Assembly (NCBI GenBank): GCA_020184695.1
Contig: JAANOX010000102.1
Coordinates: 1-64,000, forward strand
DNA: 64,000 nt
Source: Histomonas meleagridis 2922-C6/04-290x
Lineage: Eukaryota; Protista; Parabasalia
Direction: 5' to 3'
Shown here: positions 1-8,621 of the stretch, piece by piece
Layout of the letters: each line of letters opens with the position of its first letter
Position numbering within the stretch: position 1 is the first letter of the stretch
The notes under the pieces: generated by a model
Databases searched by the model: none
What the model was told of the DNA's origin: nothing
What the model saw: only the letters and a program-made list of their open reading frames with translations
Made by a program: the position numbers and the translations under genes

Positions 1-1514
1 CATCATCAACATTATAATAAGTATCGTTAGCTTGAGTATATATAGGTTGCCCCTTAATTTGTATCGGGATGTTTTGACCGTTAGAGTCTAAGCCGTCGAA
101 TACGTAACCACCACGCGAACGTTCACATTGTATATTAAGCATAAAAGAAGTAGCATCACTTAATGTATTATTATATCTTGTACCATTTGAAGCATTCCTA
201 TCCATAGTTAAAGAATCTTCAAATTCTTTAGTACATTGTATACCACCATCTAAATCAGAAGCAACTAATTGATATTGTAAAAATCTTGCACCTAATGTAG
301 AAATAGGTTCATCAGGATAATTTTGTCCTGCAATAGTTAATTGTACATTATTATAAATAGGATTATCGAAACAAGTATAATCATTAGCATGTTTTGGAAA
401 TACAACTGTAATAGTTGTAACATTAAATAATGGCATATTAATAGTAGATTGTATACCAGATTCAGTAGCAGCTAAGACAAATGCATTATAATCTAATTGT
501 TGTGAAGGAATTAATAAACCTCCAGGTTGTTGAAGTATTTGAGCTATTTGATTTAAAGTTTCTTCTTTAACTCCAAAACCATACATATTAGATTTACATG
601 AAAGTACAGTTAAACCTGTACAATATAAAGAAACATTCTCAGTTGCAGTATCAATAGTATGATTAGTTTCAGTATCACATTTAAATGTAGTAGTTATATT
701 AGCAGAATTACCTATTTGAGTAAAACCATGAGTAAATAAAGGTAAATTATTAAAAGTAGCATTAATAGAAAAATCTTCTAAAAATTCTTTAACTTCTTTA
801 ATTTTACGTGGATCTACTTGACACCATACTAAACCATTTTGTTTAACATAAAACTTTAATTCAATATCATCAACTAATCTATTTGGATATAAATCAAATG
901 CTTGTAAAGCTAATATATTTTCAAATGGAAGATTCATTTCAAATTCGATATCATGTTTATTTGTATCTGCAATTGTATTTAAATCAACATAAGTACTACA
1001 AACAGATTGAGAATATTCTGAAACATTTTCATATAAAGAATGTGTATATTTTCTAGTTTTCTTTTCAGCATAGGGTTTAATTGTAGAATAACAATAACCT
1101 TCACGACAACATTCATTTTGTTGATAACCAGTAGAAATATTATTAGACATAATTTGTAATTGATCTAATAATTGATTAGAACTCTTAAAACCTATAAATA
1201 TTTTTAGCTAAATTTTCTGGATCTGTTAAATTTCCAAATGAAATAGCTTTTGATAATTGTACAGTTATTCTAAGTTTAAAATTAATAAAACCTTCAGTTA
1301 TTTGTGAAACCATATGATCACCATGAGTGATTCTTAATCTAGTTTCTTGTGATTGATTAAAAGGTGCATTTTGATCATGACAATCTTCAGTTCTTAAAAT
1401 AAAAGAACGAGTACCATCATTTTTAGCAATTAAATCTTTAAGACGATCAAAATAAGCTCCGACATTACCTTGATCATTTTGTTCATTTTTAGATTGCGTA
1501 TTATTATAATACAT
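1..1514 (-). CDS. Major capsid-like protein of metamonad Maverick/Polinton-like elements; 3'-partial, one frameshift at ~1201-1205
   Basis: Removing one A from the A5 run joins ORF 1185..1514 to a stop-free frame reaching base 1 (~500 aa): ...AKIFIGFKSSNQLLDQ...ILALQAFDLYPN...VVFPKHANDYTCFDNPIYNNVQLTIAGQNYPDEP...KEFEDSLT...FMLNIQCERSRGGYVFDGLDSNGQNIPIQIKGQPIY...YYNVD. This resembles, from memory, conserved Trichomonas/oxymonad Maverick capsid proteins. Confidence 0.7.
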
Positions 1515-1522
1515 TAATGAAA

Positions 1523-1540
1523 ATGAAAAATATTTTTCAT
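1523..1540. promoter_or_regulatory. Perfect 18-bp palindrome in the 35-bp gap between divergent start codons; candidate bidirectional Inr promoter
   Basis: ATGAAAAATATTTTTCAT is self-complementary. The minus strand reads TTTTTCATTTTCATTA-ATG (TCATTT matches the trichomonad Inr TCAYTW). The plus strand gives TCATAA ahead of the ATG at 1550. Confidence 0.45.
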
Positions 1541-1549
1541 AATTTTTAA

Positions 1550-1780
1550 ATGGGTTAAGGTTTTTGGAATAAAATTAAAAAAGGTTTGAGCAAATTTCAG
1601 TTAAGTAAAGAACAACAAGAAAAATTCAACAAAAATGTGAAAAAATGGTTAGAACATGAAAAGAATTTAGGTAATAAAAATAGAATTCTACCATATAAAC
1701 CTAATGATAAAATAATATTCAAAGATGTAAAAGAAAAAGTTAGGAATAAGTTAATATTACAGGATTTAATAAAACAATGA
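1550..1780 (+). pseudogene. Small basic protein, paralog 1 of the (W)G(F/L)WNKxKxG family, with an in-frame TAA at codon 3
   Basis: ATG GGT TAA GGT TTT TGG AAT AAA ATT AAA AAA GGT TTG = MG*GFWNKIKKGLSKF, in frame with track ORF 1586..1780. Confidence 0.6.
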
Positions 1781-1800
1781 ATTTATTTTTATTATTATTT

Positions 1801-2073
1801 ATGGCGTGGGGTTTGTGGAACAAATTTAAAAACGGAATAAAGATAATAGGACCTTTACTTAAAAAAATGAAGCAAGGATTTGAAAAAATTAGTCCACATA
1901 TTGTGAAAGGTTATGAATTTGCTAAACAACATAAAGAAGACATAAAAAAAATAAATCTTCTTAAAAAGTTACCTGTTGATAAAATATTTGAAACCGGTGA
2001 TAAAATAATTTTATTATTTAAAAATATAGGAAATGAAGCAAATGACAAGATCCATCCTATATTTTATCAATAA
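1801..2073 (+). CDS. Small basic protein with N-terminal amphipathic helix (pVI-like), paralog 2
   Basis: MAWGLWNKFKNGIKIIGPLLKKMKQGFEKI...; the ATG at 1801 aligns with the starts of the other two paralogs. Confidence 0.7.
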   Translation: MAWGLWNKFKNGIKIIGPLLKKMKQGFEKISPHIVKGYEFAKQHKEDIKKINLLKKLPVDKIFETGDKIILLFKNIGNEANDKIHPIFYQ

Positions 2074-2107
2074 AAAAAGAATTAATAATTTATTTTTATT
2101 ATTATTT

Positions 2108-2377
2108 ATGGCTTGGGGTTTTTGGAACAAAATTAAAAATGGATTTAAAAAAGCAGGTGCTTGGATCAGAGATAAAATTATTAAACCAGTTGGAAGATTT
2201 ATTGGTAATGTATGGAATAAAGTAGCTAAACCTGTTGTAAATACAGTAGGTAAAATACCTGGAATTGAAAATTTACCTGGACATGCAAGTGCTATTGCAA
2301 AAGGAATTAAAATAGCAGATAAATTCTCACCTGTTATAGATGGTGTAGCAAATGCGCTAGTTGGACAAAAGAAATAA
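2108..2377 (+). CDS. Small basic amphipathic, membrane-lytic-like protein (pVI-like), paralog 3
   Basis: MAWGFWNKIKNGFKKAGAWIRDKIIKPVGRFIGNVWNKVAKPVVNTVGKIPG...; Lys/Trp/Gly-rich with helical periodicity. Confidence 0.75.
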   Translation: MAWGFWNKIKNGFKKAGAWIRDKIIKPVGRFIGNVWNKVAKPVVNTVGKIPGIENLPGHASAIAKGIKIADKFSPVIDGVANALVGQKK

Positions 2378-2775
2378 TAAAATATTATTTATATATATAT
2401 TGTTTTGAAACTATTCCAAATCCCAGGCGTCCTTAAAGAACACCTGTGTCCCATTTGTCATAGTTTAGTTTCAAAAATTCATTATAATTTAATGAAATTT
2501 TCATTTTTATTAATGTCTGGTAGCACGAAGGTGATCAAGACTTATTATGACGATGAGACATTAAATTCATCAACGATAGAGAAAGAAACTGAGTAAATAG
2601 ATCCATCTATTCAGTATATAAAGTTACCAAAACTAACTATTAGTAATTCAATTTATTTTGAAAAATTATCAAATTATTCAATTGAAAGACAAAATAGTAG
2701 AATATATTCATCACCTTCTAGTTTTTTTATAGAATCAAAATAAATAAATAAATTAAATCATTTTTTTTTTTATTT

Positions 2776-3151
2776 TTAGGCACTCTTGAAAAGATCCTGC
2801 TTTAAATCAAAAGCAGATTGATGAGTTTTGTCTTTATTTTGACTATTAACGATCACATTATCTAATAATGTACGATTAATTTCATCATTATATGACTCAT
2901 AGATATATGACGCATACCATCGTCCAAATTTACATTTCAATGGAAATAAGTCTATTTCTAAATAATGAACATTTTTGATTTATAGGTGGTTTCTGTTTTA
3001 TTATCATCCCAATTGGATTGATAATAAAATTGTTGTAATTTCCCATTTTATTATATTTAGGATCAAAGAATATTGCAACATCAATAGCATCAAGATCCTT
3101 ATTTTTGATATTGTCTGCAATTTGAGCAATGGAAAAAATATTCGTATACAT
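2776..3151 (-). pseudogene. Frameshifted ORF of unknown function inside the viral element
   Basis: Pieces in three frames join into MYTNIFSIAQIADNIKNKDLDAIDVAIFFDPKYNKMGNYNN / FYYQSNWDDNKTETTYK / NVHYLEIDLFPLKCKFGRWYASYIYESYNDEINRTLLDNVIVNSQNKDKTHQSAFDLKQDLFKSA*. Confidence 0.4.
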
Positions 3152-3483
3152 GAAGAAAAAATGAAGTGATAATTTATAACAGTTATTTACTATTTAAAAT
3201 AAAGTTTGCCATGTATTCAAAAAATATTCGTCGTTTTTTGTTTATTAACTTCCTGGCAAGGATAAATTGAATAGAATAAATGTCCGACCAAAGATAACCG
3301 GGGACAATTTGTGCTGGTTATACGAGGTTTTTGATAGGTTTATGCGAAAAGTGGTGCTAAAAGTGTTATCGTTCCTATCAAAAAGTTTCGCGTTCTCTCA
3401 AAATTGAATGCGCATTCAAATTTTCAGACGAATTGTATGGCTCACAAAAATCATTTTGATTTTTGTTGCGAGCGGAGCGAGCA

Positions 3484-3570
3484 CACTCGGGGGATTGAAG
3501 GGGTCTGAGACCTCCGGAGGGGTCCTTCGGACCCCTCCGGAGGTCTCAGACCCCTTCAATCCCCCGAGTG
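3484..3570. repeat. Perfect GC-rich inverted repeat (42-bp arms, 3-nt TTC loop)
   Basis: 3484-3525 CACTCGGGGGATTGAAGGGGTCTGAGACCTCCGGAGGGGTCC is the exact reverse complement of 3529-3570. Confidence 0.97.
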
Positions 3571-3579
3571 AAAAGTATA

Positions 3580-3657
3580 GGTCGGGAATGATCACGAGGA
3601 CCCTAGAAGCCCCGCCGGGGGGCGGGGCCCCTAGGGTCCTCGTGATCATTCCCTACC
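3580..3657. repeat. Second GC-rich hairpin (23-bp perfect stem plus 8-bp inner stem, GGGG loop)
   Basis: 3584-3606 pairs with 3631-3653; GCCCCGCC 3609-3616 pairs with GGCGGGGC 3621-3628; GGT/ACC closes the base. Confidence 0.95.
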
Positions 3658-3974
3658 GCATTATATACCTACCACTGGTAAATCCTCAATTTGTCACACG
3701 TTTTTTCAATAGTTTATAAACAAACAATAAAATAAAAATATTTTAATTAATATTCACAATCTATTTAAATAATAAATGGTATAAATTAACGAATAAAAAT
3801 AAATAATATATATCGAAAAGATCTAAATTTTATTAAATAAAGATGGATATTATCGATTTATATTTTTTGTGTTACTTTTTCGTCATTCTTTTTGAAAATT
3901 GTCAATTTTTGAATGTCATAGATATTATTATTTTATATTTATACATCTGAAACAAAATTTATAATAGTATATTT

Positions 3975-6063
3975 ATGAAACAAACAAAAAAAGCTACACG
4001 ATTTACATATTTTTCAATAGTTATGTTAATCTTTTTTGTTTATATATATATTGCAATTCTTAAATCAAGTTTACGCGGTTATAGGGTAAGGATTAAATCC
4101 CGGGCATCTTTTCACAATTTCTTTCGACAACCAAGTTCATTTGATCCCATTGTTATTCCTCAGCCACATCCATATTCTCAAGTAAACAATATTTCCAATC
4201 ATAAATTAAATTCCAAAGCAAACAACAAATGCATTAATAGAACATTGTATAGGTCGGAATTTGCTCGTATATTTGACAAGGACATTGACATTCCTGCACT
4301 TAAAAATCCACATATCCTTATAATTGGCGGATCCACAGTTCTTGGTTCATCCCTAAAGCGACAATTTATCAAAGAAAACATTCCCACTATTTCTATAAAT
4401 GGAATAAATGAAATTGATTTTTCTACCAATGATTCATACACACTTTTAGACATCATTAACATCAAGGAAGCATATATAGCTTATCAGCCACCATTAATTC
4501 GACATACTTTTTCAGATGGTTTTGATCATATTAATCACATTGCGACCAATTATATTGATGGAATTTCAAATTATTTAGAGCAACATAACATTCCTTTTAT
4601 ATTTGCAGTATCTCAACCAGTTTTCCCAGATGTAGTAAAATCAATACTTCGTCATCAAGGCACAGTCATTGAAATGCCATTTCTTGTTGATACAATTGCC
4701 ACCAAAGACATCGAGAATCCAACGATGAGAGCTGTTCGTGAGTGTCGATCGGCTGGTTATTCCAACATTGAATATTATCCTTATTTAACATATCAAAGTA
4801 TTACATCTGATGATGCAGCGCAATTTGTAATAAAACATCTTAAAAACAACACACGAAATCATATTTTATTACAAGGCAATTCATCCATAGATATTAAGAC
4901 AGCAGTAAACATTGCAGTTAAATCGAATGGCATTGTAAATTGTAAAATACATTTTAAAAAGTATTCACATAAAATACCAAAACTTAAGACGAATATAATC
5001 AAAGAAAAAATTATGAAAAATAATCGAATTAATGATGTAGAATTAATGCTTAAAAAGCAATTTTTCGGATTTTGCTAATCCTTATAAATATAATAACATA
5101 TATTTATCAATAGTATTCACTGGTCGACATGATAATTATTCGAATAATTTCGAAACGCGTGTCCAAAACTTACTTAAATCAATAAACAATGGAATTAAAA
5201 CAGTGCCATTAGCTAAAGTCGAAGTAATAATTGTTGATTATGCAACACCTACAAATAATACATTACTTCATAGTATATTAAAAATACCGAAACATTTGAA
5301 GAAAAATGTTCGTTTTATAATAGTTCCACCAATTGTACATCAAGAACTTGAAACTAAATTTAATGTAAAATATCCATTCTTCGAATACATCGCTAAAAAT
5401 ATTGGAATCCGAAGATCGAATGCTAAATTTGTATTGACTACTAATGGCGATTCATTATTTTCCACCGAATTATTCGAATTAATTGCATCGCGTCAATTTA
5501 ATTCGTTTGTTTCTTATCGAGGTAATCGATGGGATTTAAATGAAAACACAATCAACAAAAACATTACAATTAATAAAATGATAAAAATGATTTCCGAAAC
5601 ATGGAAACTAAAAGAATATGGACATATATCAAAGATGTATTGCAAAAAAACAATTTCGCGATTTTTGGACTCATGTGATAAATATAAAGAAAATGCTGAA
5701 GAATGTGTCGCCGGAGATTTCATTTTGTTGTCAAAGGAATTATGGAACGTAATGAAAGGGTTCAATGAAGTGCCAATGAATCCAAACAATGATATGGTGT
5801 TCATCGCGAGGTTAATGAAGTTGTTGCCTGGTTACGCGCAAATGTTCGTGCGCCCAATTTATCTGCATCAGTACCATGAAAGAATAGGAATCAAAAAGAG
5901 GAGCATTCCCGAACGAAGAAGACGTGAAAAAAATGATTACTGCTGCACTGGAAAAATGTTTTTGCATGCAAGCCGTATTATGATGACGATGAATGGGGTT
6001 TTGCCAAGAAAAATTCGTCGAAGTGAGAAAATGATTAATGAATTAATTAATTTGTTTGAATAA
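3975..6063 (+). CDS. Type II membrane protein: degenerate Rossmann/SDR-like domain plus GT-A (family 2-like) glycosyltransferase; frameshift at 5061-5065
   Basis: N-terminal TM helix and HILIIGGSTVLG. Removing one T joins ORFs 3975..5078 and 5203..6063 through LSIVFTGRHDNYSNNF...EVIIVDY...EYIAKNIGIRRSNAKFVLTTNGD. More indels near 5920-6010 are likely (alternative frame CKPYYDDDEWGFA). Confidence 0.7.
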
Positions 6064-6344
6064 AGAAATAACAAATGTTAATACAAATGAATAAAATATT
6101 TGAGAATCAATCAATTGTACATCACAATTTCATATTAAAGATTTTTTCGATGAAAGAAACTTTTATTATGTCGGAATGGCTTCGAAGCTTGTAATATGTT
6201 TTATTTAAAATCATTTATTTTTTACTGAAAATAATATGTAAAAAAAACTTTTAATCGAATCTTTTATATATTAAATATTTCCAAATACATCTTTATTTAA
6301 TCATGTGTTTATTTATTTATTTTGATATAGACAGTTTATTTATT

Positions 6345-6795
6345 TTGATAAAGAACTTCTTTAGTGTTTTCGCTACCAAAGTATCCTTGCGCTGTAATGT
6401 GTGTCATATCTTACATTATTGATGTAACAGTTGCTGCAGCATTAATAGCAAAGCGTCCCCAGCTATAGACACCAATGATTCCAATCTTTTTAGTATCAAC
6501 GTTATTAGGTATTGATATATAACCAACAGCTGCTTGATAATCTTCATTGTTGATATCTGGATAAGCAACATAAGTTGTATGCAACTTTCGCCTGTATATG
6601 ATGGGTCAAATGTAACAATTGTTAAAAAGCCACTTTCAGCTAAAGTTTGTGCATAAAGACCAGCTTCTTATTCTTTATCAGCTCCGAGGGGACCACAAGC
6701 TGCAATTACTGGAAGTTTGCTTTGAGAATTAATTGGCTCATATAAATCAGCATCTAATGAGAAACCATAACGATTATAAAATTTGATCTTGAGAT
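6345..6795 (-). pseudogene. Decayed bacterial-type alpha/beta hydrolase (COG1073/YcjY-like)
   Basis: KIKFYNRYGFSLDADLYEP...LPVIAACGPLGADKE*EAGLYAQTLAESGFLTIVTFDPSYTGES/YVAYPDINNEDYQAAVGYI...VDTKKIGIIGVYSWGRFAINAAA/TVTSIM*DMTHITAQGYFGSEN; stops at 6668-6670 and 6411-6413, plus deletions. Confidence 0.85.
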
Positions 6796-6951
6796 ATCGA
6801 AATAAAGAGCCGTTCTCTTATTTCGATTTTGATCAATAGATTTAGAGATAATTGTTAATAATTATCACTGTAGGAATGGTGATGATTTGGCCAAAACATT
6901 TACACAGAATTTTTCAAATTGATTTCATATAAAAGTTTTATTAAACAAAAA

Positions 6952-7666
6952 TTAGCGAGTAACAACGGTGTCTTGGAAGGATCCACTTTCCAAAAGAAAG
7001 TTTTGGATGTGTTGATGCTTCATCAGAATTGCCCAATGATAAGGAAGGCAACCAGTGTTATCCTTAATCCTCACATCAGCGCCATTTTGTATCAATGTGT
7101 TTATCAACTCTATATTTGGCTTACATGCTGCAATATGAAGTGGAGTTAATCCAATATCATTTTTTGCATTAATGTTACAACCATTTTCACAAAGGAACTT
7201 AACCATCTTAATTTCTTCGTTTGTGACAGCAATGTGAAGAGGAGACATATTTCTTTTGTTTAAGATGTCTAAAGATACATGATGAATTGCCCAAAGGTAA
7301 TAAACCATTCTTGTACGATTAAACATCACTGCGTAATGGACTGGTGTGTTTCCCTCTTTGTCAACAGCTGAAAAGTCAATATTTTGGTTGTCAGAAATTA
7401 TTTCAAGAATTTCGGTTGATCCTCCAGCAGAAGCAAAAGTGAACAAGCTTCCTTTGGAAGTCATCAACAAAGAGAGTATCAGCACCGTGCAAGAATAGGT
7501 ATCTAAAGCGTTTTGAGGCTGAAAAGTAAGCAGCTGCACAAATCAGCGATGGTCCATTTTGAAGTATATCTGGTATTGCTACAGACCTATACCTGATGGG
7601 AGAATCGATGTCAACACCATTTTGGAGGAACTTTTCCAATCCCGCCAAGTCGTCAGCTTTGATCAC
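6952..7666 (-). CDS. Ankyrin-repeat protein, frameshift at ~7435-7438, 5' end unclear
   Basis: Ankyrin motifs GNTPVHYAV, MSPLHIAV, GLTPLHIAA, GCLPYHWAI. ORFs 7403..7666 and 6952..7539 join by removing one T (VHF/ASAGGSTEIL). Confidence 0.8.
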
Positions 7667-8158
7667 AGAAAGGAGCGCGCATTTTTATTTATAAAGTGTC
7701 AATTTGCCCGCTCATTAACCGCTTTATTTCACAGACGATACTTTTAAATTATATCAAATATTGACAGTCTCACAAATTTGATATAATTTAATCGAACACA
7801 AATAACTTTAAATAAAAATTATAACTTAATTTTATTTTATTTAACTAAACTAAAATATTGAAGTTATAATTATGAATAAATTTTTTTGTCTTTTTGTTGA
7901 AAATATAATAAAATATTTATATTTAAAAAACAAACAAATTTGAGAATAAACAAAAAGTTCACTTTTAACGTCAAAAAAACACAAACGGCCTCTATCGCTA
8001 AACGACCTCTTTTTTCGCGGCAAATCAAGTTTCATTCCGAAATGTATATCTCTTTGTAAAATTATAAAAATAACGAAACCTTTGAATTTTGTCCTTTATA
8101 AATTTTTAACATTACGAATAACCCAATAATTTTTGGAAATCATTTTTTCTTCAAACAA

Positions 8159-8567
8159 TTATTCACATTCAGACATTTTTTGCATTGAAATGATAACTTT
8201 GTGTGCATTAACACATTTTCGAACACATTTCTTACTGTAGTTATTCATATTCAGACATTTTTTGCATTGAAATGATAACTTTGTGTGCATTAACACAATT
8301 TCGAACACATTTCTTACTGTAGTTATTCACATTCAGACATTTTTTGCATTGAAATGATAACTTTGTGTGCATTAACACATTTTCGAACACATTTCTTACT
8401 GTAGTTATTCACATTCAGACATTTTTTGCATTGAAATGATAACTTTGTGTGCATTAACACATTTTCGAACACATTTCTCACTGCAGTTATTCACATTCAG
8501 ACATTTTTTGCATTGAAATGATTACTTTGTGTGCATTAACACATTTTCGAACACATTTCTCACTGCA
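8159..8567. repeat. Minisatellite, 5 x 82 bp
   Basis: Units start at 8159, 8241, 8323, 8405 and 8487 and are near-identical (TTATTCACATTCAGACATTTTTTGCATTGAAATG...CTTACTGTAG); no spacers. Confidence 0.97.
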
Positions 8568-8621
8568 TTAAAATTTCATCACAGAAAATACATTTATAGA
8601 ATTTTATTATTTTGCAAATGT

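Larger units (their letters stand above)
1..3676. mobile_element. Terminal part of an endogenous Maverick/Polinton-like DNA virus (left side runs off the window; right boundary approximate)
   Basis: Capsid-like gene, three small basic amphipathic ORFs and a degraded ORF, followed by a cluster of inverted repeats (3328-3657) just before host-type genes resume at 3975. No polymerase, integrase or ATPase is visible in the window. Confidence 0.62.

Noticed and set aside
3408-3719. Mirror ORFs 3408..3719 (+) and 3416..3649 (-)
   Set aside because: Their near-identical peptides on both strands arise from the GC-rich palindromes, which lack stop codons.
1556-6670. Alternative genetic code (TAA = Gln), suggested by in-frame TAA at 1556 and 6668
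   Set aside because: Most intact conserved genes here (Rab6, RPS24, cyclophilin and others) end in TAA, and the in-frame stops lie in damaged genes.
8159-8567. CRISPR array
   Set aside because: Units are contiguous and near-identical with no unique spacers, there are no cas genes, and the context is eukaryotic.
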